The position numbers and the translations under genes were made by a program. Shown piece by piece: positions 1 through 8,964 of a DNA stretch of 63,643 bases. The notes beneath the pieces were generated by a model, which ran no database searches, was not told the origin of the DNA, and saw only the letters and a list, made by a program, of their open reading frames with translations. The first letter of the stretch is position 1; each line of letters starts with the position of its first letter. Location of the stretch: positions 1 through 63,643 of the forward strand of contig JAHDXH010000004.1 in assembly GCA_023382875.1 (NCBI GenBank), written 5' to 3'. This DNA comes from Patescibacteria group bacterium. Its GTDB lineage: Bacteria > Patescibacteriota > Microgenomatia > UBA1400 > PJMF01.

Positions 1-24
1 CATTTTTCTTAGATTGAATTTTCT

Positions 25-1107
25 TTGTATAAAATTGATAATGGTATTGTGACTGATTACAAACAAGTTCTAGTTAACGAAATTGCTGAATTAAAGCAAA
101 AGGTGGTTCAATCCAAACTGCCTGATTTAATGCGGGAAAAAGTTAATAAAGATATTATTGCTTTGGAAAGATCAGTTGAGCTTGGTAGTTACGATGAAAA
201 GTACGAAAAAGTTTCCAAATACATTGATTGGGCGTTGAAAATTCCTTGGGAAGCTGAAAGCCAAGATATTTTAGATCTGGTCAAAGTTCGCCAGATTTTC
301 GATGAGCATCATTACGGCATGGATGAGGTTAAGGATCGGTTTTTGGAATATGTTTCGGTTTTGAAACTACGTAATACCCAAATGCCCAATAGTGAATTTA
401 GAGCACCAGTTTTACTATTAGTTGGTTTAGTTGGTACAGGTAAAACTACTTTTGCATATTCATTGGCTGATGGTTTGAATCGTAAGTTGGTCCGTATTCC
501 TTTCGGTGGTATGGGATCGGCAACGGCTTTGCGCGGTTCCTCTCGTTTGCTACTTGGTTCTGAGCCAGGTAGAGTCATTAAGGGAATTTGTGAAGCCGGA
601 GTTCGCAACCCAATTATCTTGCTTGATGAAATTGATCGTGTGGCTGCTGAATCTAGAAGAGATATTATGGGTGTCTTGGTTGAGCTTTTGGATCCTGCTC
701 AAAACAATGCTTTTGTTGATGATTATATTGATTATCCAGTCAATCTTTCTCATGCTATTTTCTTAGCTACCTGCAACAACACCCGCGACATTGCTACCGC
801 TGTCATGGACCGTTTGGAAAAAATTTCCATGCCTTCTTACACTGACAAGGAAAAAATGGTGATCGCTCAAAAATACATTATGCCTAAACTCCTTGAGGAT
901 GCCGGTTTGAGACCAGATCAATTGATCATAGAAGATGAGTTGTGGACCAAAATGACCAGACCACTTGGTTTTGACGCTGGTATCCGTACTTTGCAAAGAA
1001 CTTTGGAGGGTGCAGTCCGCAAGGCTGCTCGAATTATGGTTGAAAAAGGCTATCCAGTGATTCATATTACTTCTCAGAATTACAAAATTTTCCTGCCTCA
1101 ATATTAA
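25..1107 (+). CDS. Lon-like AAA+ ATPase module (no N-domain, no S16 protease domain)
   Basis: 360-aa ORF. It has Walker A GLVGTGKTT and Walker B ILLDEID. Lon-core stretches are present: HHYGMDEVKDRFLEYV, LDPAQNNAFVDDY, MDRLEKI, GIRTLQR. TTG start follows an in-frame stop at 10-12. The ORF ends at 1107 and the next gene is unrelated. Confidence 0.8.
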   Translation: MYKIDNGIVTDYKQVLVNEIAELKQKVVQSKLPDLMREKVNKDIIALERSVELGSYDEKYEKVSKYIDWALKIPWEAESQDILDLVKVRQIFDEHHYGMDEVKDRFLEYVSVLKLRNTQMPNSEFRAPVLLLVGLVGTGKTTFAYSLADGLNRKLVRIPFGGMGSATALRGSSRLLLGSEPGRVIKGICEAGVRNPIILLDEIDRVAAESRRDIMGVLVELLDPAQNNAFVDDYIDYPVNLSHAIFLATCNNTRDIATAVMDRLEKISMPSYTDKEKMVIAQKYIMPKLLEDAGLRPDQLIIEDELWTKMTRPLGFDAGIRTLQRTLEGAVRKAARIMVEKGYPVIHITSQNYKIFLPQY

Positions 1108-1108
1108 T

Positions 1109-1723
1109 GTGTCTGTGAATGCTCTCGCTCAACTCAACCAAAAATTAGAAGCCAACTTCGCCAATTTGCCTTTAGTTAATAAAAAAGAAGATATTGTTCC
1201 TGGTGAGGGACAATTGGGTGCGACGATCATGATGATTGGAGAGGCGCCTGGGTTTAATGAGGCAGTCCAAAGACGGCCGTTTGTGGGTCGATCGGGACAA
1301 CTGCTTCGCCAAACGATTTCAGCAGTGGGTTTAGATCTTAAAGATATTTACATTTCTAATATTGTTAAAGCCAGACCACCAGAAAATCGTGATCCTTCGC
1401 CTCAGGAAATCGCGGCTTTTAAGCCCTACTTAGATGAAGAAATAGAGATTTTAAAGCCAAAATTAATCGTGACTTTAGGTAGATTTAGTCTTAATAAGTT
1501 TTTGCCAGATGTAAAAATATCGACAGTTCATGGCAGACTCCATAAAGTGAGTTGGAATGATAAAAAGATTTTTGTTTTGCCGATGTACCATCCTGCAGCT
1601 GCTTTGCGTGGTACTCAGGTCAAAAACCAGTTTGTGGCTGATTTTGCTAAAATCAACAAAATTTTGCTCTGGATTGATGACCAAAATAACTTTGATCTCT
1701 CCTCACTACTCTCAAGTGAATGA
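1109..1723 (+). CDS. Uracil-DNA glycosylase, family 4
   Basis: 204 aa. Motif GEAPGFNEA..RPFVGRSGQLL plus a C-terminal HPAA motif are typical of family-4 UDG. GTG start lies directly after the upstream stop. Confidence 0.85.
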   Translation: MSVNALAQLNQKLEANFANLPLVNKKEDIVPGEGQLGATIMMIGEAPGFNEAVQRRPFVGRSGQLLRQTISAVGLDLKDIYISNIVKARPPENRDPSPQEIAAFKPYLDEEIEILKPKLIVTLGRFSLNKFLPDVKISTVHGRLHKVSWNDKKIFVLPMYHPAAALRGTQVKNQFVADFAKINKILLWIDDQNNFDLSSLLSSE

Positions 1724-1736
1724 TATGATATAGACA

Positions 1737-2528
1737 ATGATATTTCTTGTATTAGTTCCGATCATTACCAGCATCATTGGTTTGTTAGCTTATCGTTTTC
1801 AGGGTAAAGAAAAAGAAATTTTCCGACTGGACTTGGTGCAGTTTGTTTATTTGTTTGTGTTGTCCCCAGCCATGTTTGTGTGGTTGAAAACGCTACTTTT
1901 TTATCTGGTGAGGAATGAATTGGGAGAGGCTTTGTCAATTAATCAGATCTTTGTGATTGATACGATTTTCACTTTGATTGCAGTTTTTGTGATGGCTGGT
2001 ATTTCTATTCACACTTTGACTAAAACCTTTTGGATCAAGAGATATCACAATCCAGAATTTGACCTTTACCATTTGTCAGAATATTTCCATTTGTGGTGGT
2101 CACACATTTTGATTTGGGGTGGAGCAATGTTGCTTGGTAGCTTTATCACTATTGCCAACGTCTTTACACCGTTCCAATTGGAATTGTCTAAAGCAGCTTT
2201 TATTTTTGCTCAATTCGTGGGGTCACTAGTTGGGATGGCGTTCTTTTTGGCGATTTGGATGTCTGATCCAGGTCAAGGTCATTTTATGCGGATTATGAAA
2301 TTATTATTAGTATTATTTTCTTTGACTCACATTGTGGTCTACTTTGTTTTTGATCCGAAATTCAATTCCCAATATATTGGATATTGGATTGGATCAGCGA
2401 TTTTTATTACAGCTGCTGGGGTGGGTGGTTTGTTCGAGCGTTATCAAAAGCTCAGTCGTTTCAGAAAATTGTTGCTACACGTGGGTTGGGGAGAAAATAA
2501 AGGAATAGATTTATTCAAGAAAAAGTAA
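1737..2528 (+). CDS. Hypothetical polytopic membrane protein
   Basis: 263-aa ORF with multiple hydrophobic helices and no recognisable motif. A TGaTATGAT box lies 7 nt upstream of the ATG. Confidence 0.65.
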   Translation: MIFLVLVPIITSIIGLLAYRFQGKEKEIFRLDLVQFVYLFVLSPAMFVWLKTLLFYLVRNELGEALSINQIFVIDTIFTLIAVFVMAGISIHTLTKTFWIKRYHNPEFDLYHLSEYFHLWWSHILIWGGAMLLGSFITIANVFTPFQLELSKAAFIFAQFVGSLVGMAFFLAIWMSDPGQGHFMRIMKLLLVLFSLTHIVVYFVFDPKFNSQYIGYWIGSAIFITAAGVGGLFERYQKLSRFRKLLLHVGWGENKGIDLFKKK

Positions 2529-2536
2529 GGAGTTTT

Positions 2537-4204
2537 ATGAACGGATTACGTTTAATCCCTTTAGGGGGAATGGGTCACGTTACCCAAAATATGTACTTAT
2601 ATGAGTACGAAGATGAAATATTAATTGTTGATTGTGGAATTGGTTTTCCTGACATGTACATGCCGGGTGTCGATATTTTGATTCCCGATACAGCATATTT
2701 GATGAAGCAATTGGAGGAAGGTTTTCATATTGCTGGTATGTTGTTGACTCACGGTCATGATGACCACATTGCGGCAACTCCATATATTTTGCCAGAGTTG
2801 CCTGACTTTCCAATGTATGGTTCACCTTTGACTGCTGGTTTTGCTGAAAACCGTATGCAAGATATGGAAAAACCTCGCAAAGTCAATGTTTTGCAGGACA
2901 AAAAATGGTGCAAAATCGGTAAATATTTTGAAGTCATGCCTTTGGCTATGACTCACTCGGTGCCAGATACAAAACACTATATTATTAAGACCCCAGAGGG
3001 AATTGTTTATCACGGAACTGACTTCAAGCTGGATCAAAAACCAATTGATGGTGTTTTGCCAGATTATGATTCAATCGAAGAACTTGGCAAAGCCGGAGTA
3101 GACCTGATGTTAATGGACTGTTTGCGCGTCGAGAAAAAAGGTTGGGTTAAATCAGAATCAACCTGTGGTCCTGCTATTGAAGAAGCAATGATGAATATCA
3201 AAGGCAAAGCTTTGGTCACCTTGATGAGTTCTCACATCCATCGTATTCAGCAAACCATTAATGCTGCGGCCAAATGTGGTCGTAAGGTGGCTTTTGTTGG
3301 CCGATCGGTTGAGCAAAATGTCGAAGTGGCTTTGTCACTCAAGAAACTCAACGTGCCCATGGGTATGATTATCGACAAGCACGATATCACAAATACTGCT
3401 GATTCAGAATTGTGTGTGATTATTGCTGGTAGTCAGGGTCAAGAAGGTTCTTCCTTAATTAGAGCTATTTATGGTGAACATCCAATCTTAAGAATTAACA
3501 GTCAAGACAAGGTGATTTTCTCTGCCGATGCTATTCCTGGTAATGATGTGCCTTATTACGCTGCTATCGATGAGTTGTTTAGAAATGGCGTGGAAGTGGT
3601 TTATCCATCTTTGTCACCAGACATTCACCAATCGGGTCATGCTGGTGCAGAAGAACAAAGAACTTTGCTTTCCATGGTCATGCCTAGGTATGTAATGCCT
3701 ATTGGTGGAGCTGATCGTCATCGCGTTTTATTCAAAACTATGGTGGCTGGACAAGTTGGCATCGAAGAGAAGCGCGTTTTAGTGCCAGGTGATGGTGACA
3801 TCATTATGCTCAAAGATGGTCAAATTTCTTACCCAGAACAAATCACTATTCGTGGCCGAGCTGTTGATGGCTTGGGAATTGGTGATGTTGGCCCAAGAGT
3901 AATTTCTGATCGCTTGGCTCTGGGTAATGCTGGCATGATCGTGATTGTTTTGCCTAGAGATCGAAAGAATGGTCAATTCCATCTTGATCAAATGCAAGTT
4001 GTCTCCAGAGGTTTTGTTTACATGCAAGACGCCGAGGAAGTGGTGAAATTCATCAAAGACCAAACTGCCAACTTCATTTCTCAGGAGAAAAAGAAAAAAA
4101 CTGATACATCTCTTAGAATTCGTCTAGAAAAAATGATTGCTCGCAAACTCTTTTCAATTATCAGAAGAGAGCCAATGATTGTGGTATCTTTCATTGATGT
4201 TTAA
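2537..4204 (+). CDS. rnj: Ribonuclease J (metallo-beta-lactamase / beta-CASP)
   Basis: 555 aa. The THGHDDH zinc motif and overall length and layout match RNase J. AAGGAG SD at 2527-2532. Confidence 0.9.
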   Translation: MNGLRLIPLGGMGHVTQNMYLYEYEDEILIVDCGIGFPDMYMPGVDILIPDTAYLMKQLEEGFHIAGMLLTHGHDDHIAATPYILPELPDFPMYGSPLTAGFAENRMQDMEKPRKVNVLQDKKWCKIGKYFEVMPLAMTHSVPDTKHYIIKTPEGIVYHGTDFKLDQKPIDGVLPDYDSIEELGKAGVDLMLMDCLRVEKKGWVKSESTCGPAIEEAMMNIKGKALVTLMSSHIHRIQQTINAAAKCGRKVAFVGRSVEQNVEVALSLKKLNVPMGMIIDKHDITNTADSELCVIIAGSQGQEGSSLIRAIYGEHPILRINSQDKVIFSADAIPGNDVPYYAAIDELFRNGVEVVYPSLSPDIHQSGHAGAEEQRTLLSMVMPRYVMPIGGADRHRVLFKTMVAGQVGIEEKRVLVPGDGDIIMLKDGQISYPEQITIRGRAVDGLGIGDVGPRVISDRLALGNAGMIVIVLPRDRKNGQFHLDQMQVVSRGFVYMQDAEEVVKFIKDQTANFISQEKKKKTDTSLRIRLEKMIARKLFSIIRREPMIVVSFIDV

Positions 4205-4754
4205 GAAAGGTTTGGTGACTAATATGGCACCACTCCCAACCAAGAAAGAAATTGATCAGGTCAGACAGGCGGGCTTCAGACCAACTGTAGTTGCCTGTCT
4301 GATCTATAAGAAAAAAGTCTTGTTGGTTTTCAAGAAGAAATATCACCATTGGTTGATGCCACAGGGTGGAGTAGAAAATCAAGAAACACTTAAAGAAGCT
4401 TTGGTTAGAGAGGTCAAAGAAGAGTTGGGTGAAAAATTTTCTTTGCAGCTAAAACAGGTTGAGCCAATTTTATTGACTCAGGACGAATTAGATTTTAAAG
4501 AAGCAGATTTTAATGCGCGAGATTTATTTTCTGACAATGGTCAGGAAATTGAGATGATTGGCAAACATTATTATTTTTTGGTTGCTAGGGTGGAAGACGC
4601 AAGTTTTGACGCTAAGAAATCTGAATTTGATCGGGTGGTTTGGGCAAATTTCAAAAAAGCACAACAAATAATTGAGAGTGTTTATTTGCAAAATAAGAAA
4701 AATATTCTTCAAAAGTCAATTGACGTCTTGAAAGAACAGGGCTTAATCGAGTAG
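4197..4754 (+). CDS. NUDIX hydrolase
   Basis: Nudix box GGVENQETLKEALVREVKEELG. The start is uncertain: ATG 4197 overlaps the rnj stop, ATG 4224 is the alternative, and the ORF track gives TTG 4179. Confidence 0.8.
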   Translation: MFKKGLVTNMAPLPTKKEIDQVRQAGFRPTVVACLIYKKKVLLVFKKKYHHWLMPQGGVENQETLKEALVREVKEELGEKFSLQLKQVEPILLTQDELDFKEADFNARDLFSDNGQEIEMIGKHYYFLVARVEDASFDAKKSEFDRVVWANFKKAQQIIESVYLQNKKNILQKSIDVLKEQGLIE

Positions 4755-4777
4755 ACTTAGGAATAGTTTCAAAAAAC

Positions 4778-4804
4778 TTGACACTTTGATTTATATCCTA
4801 TAAT
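4778..4804 (+). promoter_or_regulatory. Sigma-70-like promoter upstream of ftsK
   Basis: TTGACA at 4778-4783 and TATAAT at 4799-4804, with a short 15-nt spacer. It lies 11 nt upstream of ATG 4816 and overlaps the 19-nt element 4789-4807. Confidence 0.4.
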
Positions 4805-4815
4805 ATTTAAACAAA

Positions 4816-6957
4816 ATGGGTAGACATAAGAAAAGACAGTTACCAAAATTAAAAATTCGCCAAGAGACAATTTACTCTTTGGTAGCTTTAATTTTGATTG
4901 CTTTAGGTGTTTTAGTGATGGTGTCTTTTACTGGCCAAGGACGTTTTTTGACTTTCCTCAATAATATTTTGACCGAAAAAATCGGTTTAGGCACTTTGTT
5001 CCTACCATTTGTTTTTATTTCTTCTGGTTTAATCATGTTCCAAACCAAATGGGCTTGGTCAAGACCTCATGTTTTATTGGGGACTTTGTTTTTAATGATT
5101 GGCGTCATTGGTACGACTAAATCTGGGTCAATTGGTGCGGAAACCTTTGTTAATTTGGCGGGGTTAATTTCTCCAGCTGGTACTTACGTGGTTTTTATTA
5201 CCTCAATTTTCGCTGGTGCCCTGATTGTTTCGCAGTTTAGCGTGGGCGAATTTTTAGAATTAATCGGCAAAGCTTTTGAACCAAAAATTAAACCTGATAA
5301 GGCAGCTGTGGCTCAAGAAGAAATTGAAGAAGCTAAAGGCTTCCGTTTGCCCAAGTTATCATTGGGTTTCAATAAAAAAGATGATGGATTCAAGTTTAAT
5401 GAGGGTAAAGTTGAAGATGACGCCCCTGCAGAAAAGGGTGGCACAGCAGTTGTACCCAATCAAATTCCTGCTGGCGGAGTCGAGCTTGATTCAACCAAAA
5501 CGACTAATAATATTGGGCCAATGGTTTGGGAGTATCCACCTTTGTCGCTGCTTTCTGCTAGTTCTGGTGGTGAAGCCGACCGCGGCGATGTCAAAAAGAG
5601 TGCTGATATTATTGAAGCGACTCTCGAATCTTTTGGCATTCGTGCCAAAGTTAAAGAAGTTAATGGTGGTCCATCTGTCACCCAGTACGCTTTGGATATT
5701 CCGCCAGGTACCAAATTGTCTCGTATTACTGGTTTATCAACCGACTTAGCGTTGGCTTTGTCCGCTCCAAATGGCCAAGTCAGAATTGAAGCCCCAATTG
5801 CTGGTCGCAACTTAGTTGGTATTGAAGTACCAAATCATTCTTCTCAATATGTGACTTTACGTAAATTGTTATCTTCGCCAAAGATGAAGAATCATAAATC
5901 AAAATTGGCGGTGGCTCTCGGTCTTGATGTGACTGGTCAGCCTTTGATTGCTGATATTGCCAAAATGCCTCACGTTTTGATCGCTGGTGCCACAGGCTCA
6001 GGTAAATCTGTGTGTGTGAATACTTTCCTTTGTTCAATTTTATTTAGATCTTCACCAGCCGAAGTGAAATTCATTTTGGTTGACCCTAAGAGAGTTGAGT
6101 TGACTGGTTATGATGGTATTCCTCACTTGATGACTCCAGTGATCGTTGAGCCCAAGAAAGTTGTTTCTGCTTTGAAGTGGGCAGTGGCAGAAATGGAAAA
6201 CCGTTACAAAAAACTACAGGAAGCTGGAGTTAAAAATATTGATGCTTACAATGAATTAGCTGGTTTCGTGCAAATGGGCAGTATCGTGATTGTGATCGAT
6301 GAGTTAGCTGATGTGATGCTTTATGCACCCAAAGAAGTTGAGGACGCTATTACCAGAATTGCCCAAATGGCTCGTGCGGTGGGTATTCACTTGGTTTTGG
6401 CTACCCAAAGACCTTCTGTGGACGTTATTACTGGTTTGATTAAAGCTAACATTCCTACCAGAATTGCTTTCAACGTGTCTTCGATGATGGACTCAAGAGT
6501 TATTCTAGACTCTCCTGGAGCTGAAAAATTGATGGGTAAAGGTGACATGCTTTATGTTCCACCAGATCAAGCTAAACCATCTCGTATTCAAGGAACTTAT
6601 GTTTCAGATCAAGAAGCCAAAAACTTAGTTGATTTCATCAAATCACAGGGCGAAGCTCCAGTTTATTCAGAGGAGATTACCGAGAAATTTGAATCAAACA
6701 CAATTTCTGGTGGTTCGTCTGGCAGTGGCGGCGAAGATCGCGACCACAAATTTGCTGAAGCTGTCGAGCTGATCTCTGTCATGGATAAAGCTTCAAGCTC
6801 AGTTATTCAAAGAAAATTGGCCGTTGGTTATGCTAGAGCGGCTCGTATTCTTGATCAGCTTTATGAAGCAGGAATGGTCGGTCCGCCAGAGGGTAGTAAG
6901 CCTCGTGATGTTAACATGACTAAGGTTCGCGAATTCTTGAGTGGTGGTCAAGGTTAA
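4816..6957 (+). CDS. ftsK: DNA translocase FtsK/SpoIIIE
   Basis: 713 aa. It has N-terminal TM helices, Walker A GATGSGKS and Walker B VIVIDELAD. The C-terminal gamma winged helix reads SSVIQRKLAVGYARAARILDQL. Confidence 0.95.
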   Translation: MGRHKKRQLPKLKIRQETIYSLVALILIALGVLVMVSFTGQGRFLTFLNNILTEKIGLGTLFLPFVFISSGLIMFQTKWAWSRPHVLLGTLFLMIGVIGTTKSGSIGAETFVNLAGLISPAGTYVVFITSIFAGALIVSQFSVGEFLELIGKAFEPKIKPDKAAVAQEEIEEAKGFRLPKLSLGFNKKDDGFKFNEGKVEDDAPAEKGGTAVVPNQIPAGGVELDSTKTTNNIGPMVWEYPPLSLLSASSGGEADRGDVKKSADIIEATLESFGIRAKVKEVNGGPSVTQYALDIPPGTKLSRITGLSTDLALALSAPNGQVRIEAPIAGRNLVGIEVPNHSSQYVTLRKLLSSPKMKNHKSKLAVALGLDVTGQPLIADIAKMPHVLIAGATGSGKSVCVNTFLCSILFRSSPAEVKFILVDPKRVELTGYDGIPHLMTPVIVEPKKVVSALKWAVAEMENRYKKLQEAGVKNIDAYNELAGFVQMGSIVIVIDELADVMLYAPKEVEDAITRIAQMARAVGIHLVLATQRPSVDVITGLIKANIPTRIAFNVSSMMDSRVILDSPGAEKLMGKGDMLYVPPDQAKPSRIQGTYVSDQEAKNLVDFIKSQGEAPVYSEEITEKFESNTISGGSSGSGGEDRDHKFAEAVELISVMDKASSSVIQRKLAVGYARAARILDQLYEAGMVGPPEGSKPRDVNMTKVREFLSGGQG

Positions 6958-6962
6958 TCTTT

Positions 6963-7628
6963 TTAATCGTGGGCAAGGGCGAATCCGTAGACATTTTTTA
7001 CGCCAATACTTTTCAAAATTCTGGCTGCTTCATTGAGAGTCGAGCCAGTGGTAATCACATCGTCAACGATCAGGACCGAGCTTGGTGGCGGTTTGGTTTT
7101 TACAAACTCTGCAAATTTTGGATCAAGTGTGAACGTATTCACAACATTGGTGAGGCGTTCAGCTCGAGAAGTTGTGGCTGCTTGGGCAAGGTGATGCTTG
7201 GTTTTGATTAAAGTATTTTGGCACTTAATTTCAAGTTTTTCTGCCAAATTTTCTGCTAAAAGTTTAGTTTGATTGAAGCCTCGTAGTTTTTCTTTTTGTG
7301 GATGAAGAGGGATAAACGTCACCAAACTAGTTGGTTTTATGATGACAGACTGCCAGACCAAATCGCTCAAAGTCTTTGCTAAAATTTTTCCTTTGCGGTA
7401 TTTATAGGCGATAATTAACTCTTTGAGTGGTGAGTCGTAATGGCTAAGGACAATGAGTTTGTCTAAATAGTTTGGTTCAAGGTTCAGATTTGGAGGAAAG
7501 GGATAAAAATAAATTGAAGCATAACATTTTGAACATAAATAATTGCCCAAATGTCCACAGCCGAGACAAAAAGGCGGAAATAATAAATCCAAAAAGAATT
7601 CGTAAATAATTCTGATGAAGCTCAGCAT
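6963..7628 (-). CDS. comFC: ComF family protein (phosphoribosyltransferase domain)
   Basis: 221 aa. An N-terminal Cys4 motif (CLGCG..CSKC) is followed by the C-terminal PRTase motif LIVDDVITTGST. Confidence 0.8.
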   Translation of the reverse strand: MLSFIRIIYEFFLDLLFPPFCLGCGHLGNYLCSKCYASIYFYPFPPNLNLEPNYLDKLIVLSHYDSPLKELIIAYKYRKGKILAKTLSDLVWQSVIIKPTSLVTFIPLHPQKEKLRGFNQTKLLAENLAEKLEIKCQNTLIKTKHHLAQAATTSRAERLTNVVNTFTLDPKFAEFVKTKPPPSSVLIVDDVITTGSTLNEAARILKSIGVKNVYGFALAHD

Positions 7629-7734
7629 CGACCAAGAATAACCGTTTAAGCTTAAACAAATCTTTCAAGAACGATATAGTATAATAAGAACCTTGGCGGA
7701 ATCTTGTCTTAGCAAGATAAAGCTTCACAAAAAT

Positions 7735-7811
7735 GGTCAATTAGCTCAGTTGGTTAGAGCGCACGATTCACATTCGTGAGGTCACTGGTTCGAGCCCAGT
7801 ATTGACCACCA
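7735..7811 (+). tRNA. tRNA-Val (anticodon CAC), CCA encoded
   Basis: Hand-folded cloverleaf. Acceptor ggtcaat/attgacc, D stem gctc/gagc, anticodon stem cacga/tcgtg with loop ttCACat, T stem actgg/ccagt with loop ttcgagc, discriminator A, then CCA. Confidence 0.9.
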
Positions 7812-7860
7812 TCTTAGGCGTGTTCAATCTAGTGCCCGCGCACTAGTGCTCGCGCGATTC

Positions 7861-8934
7861 TCAAATCAATTTGTATTTTTGGAAAACTGCTCTGACTTCA
7901 GCAGTGTTGTTGCACAAAAAAAGCTCGCGTCTAATATCGCTGGCATCGGCAATGCCTTTGATATACCAGCCTAAATGTTTTCTCATGATGTAAAAACTAT
8001 TATGTTCCTCGGTGTTGGGCCAGTCGTTTTCGTGAAGTTGGCAATGCTCGAGGGCAATTTCAAAAATTGTGGCACTGGGTTTTTCACCTTCTTTAAGGAA
8101 GACAAAAGGATTACCAAAACTAGCTCTACCGATCAAAACGCCATCTACGCCATAAGTTTTAACCTTTTCTAATGCCTGAGCATGATTCATGACATCGCCG
8201 TTGCCTAAAATTAATTTACCAGTGGGTTTGGCGATTTCGACTGCTGTGCCAATTTCTTCCCAGTTTGCCATACCGGTGTACTGTTGTTTTAAAGTACGAC
8301 CATGAAGGGCAATGGCTTCGACTTCAGTATCTAACAAATATTTAAACCACTCTCTGGTAATCGGTTCATTGTAGCCAACTCTGGTTTTAAGACTTAGGCC
8401 GACGTGACGATTGGGATCGACTGGTTTGGGTAAATTTTTAACCCGAGTTCTAACATCTTTTAAAATTCGACTAGAAAAATCAGGGCAGTCTTTGCTTCTC
8501 ATGCCATTGCGGTAGTCATCGATGCCTTGTTTGGTTTGACGAACAATTTCTTGAGCTAATTCTGGAGTGCAGATTAATCCGGCACCAGAGCCGTGGCGAT
8601 GAACTTTTTTGGCTGGACAACCCATGTTGATATCCACACCATCAAAACCTAATTCACACAACATCACAGCCACTGGGCGGAAATTTTCTGGGGTGCTGCC
8701 AAAGATCTGAGCAATGATCGGTCTTTGTTCTTCATCATAATCAAAAGCTCTCATCAGCTTAATGGCATTGTGGCATAAACCTTCGACACTGGTAAATTCG
8801 GTGTATACAAGGTCAGGATGACCGTATTTTTTTTGAATGGTTCGATAGGCACGATCAGTCACTCCATCCATTGGTGACAGGCCAATAATGGGTCGAGGTA
8901 ATTTTTGCCAGATTGATAATTCGGTTGTTTGCAC
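7861..8934 (-). CDS. dus: tRNA-dihydrouridine synthase
   Basis: 357 aa. Motifs LSPMDGVTD and DINMGCPAKKV with the catalytic Cys context of the Dus TIM barrel. GTG start. Confidence 0.9.
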   Translation of the reverse strand: MQTTELSIWQKLPRPIIGLSPMDGVTDRAYRTIQKKYGHPDLVYTEFTSVEGLCHNAIKLMRAFDYDEEQRPIIAQIFGSTPENFRPVAVMLCELGFDGVDINMGCPAKKVHRHGSGAGLICTPELAQEIVRQTKQGIDDYRNGMRSKDCPDFSSRILKDVRTRVKNLPKPVDPNRHVGLSLKTRVGYNEPITREWFKYLLDTEVEAIALHGRTLKQQYTGMANWEEIGTAVEIAKPTGKLILGNGDVMNHAQALEKVKTYGVDGVLIGRASFGNPFVFLKEGEKPSATIFEIALEHCQLHENDWPNTEEHNSFYIMRKHLGWYIKGIADASDIRRELFLCNNTAEVRAVFQKYKLI

Positions 8935-8964
8935 CCGTGTATTTTACCAAACAATAACTAGAGT

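Noticed and set aside
312-608. Many antisense or nested ORFs appear in the six-frame track. Examples are 312-608 (-), 5276-5749 (+), 5460-5810 (-), 14795-15151 (-), 16160-16384 (+), 16970-17308 (+), 27395-27832 (+), 47994-48395 (-) and 58269-58616 (-).
   Set aside because: Each lies wholly inside a longer ORF on the other strand or frame that has strong family motifs. Their translations are low-complexity or composition-driven with no motif. I treat them as shadow ORFs.
7829-7846. Hairpin ctagtgc-ccgc-gcactag after tRNA-Val, considered as a shared terminator for the tRNA and the convergent dus gene.
   Set aside because: The stem is only 7 bp and no U-run follows on either strand. It may still be a processing or pause structure, but it cannot be called an intrinsic terminator.
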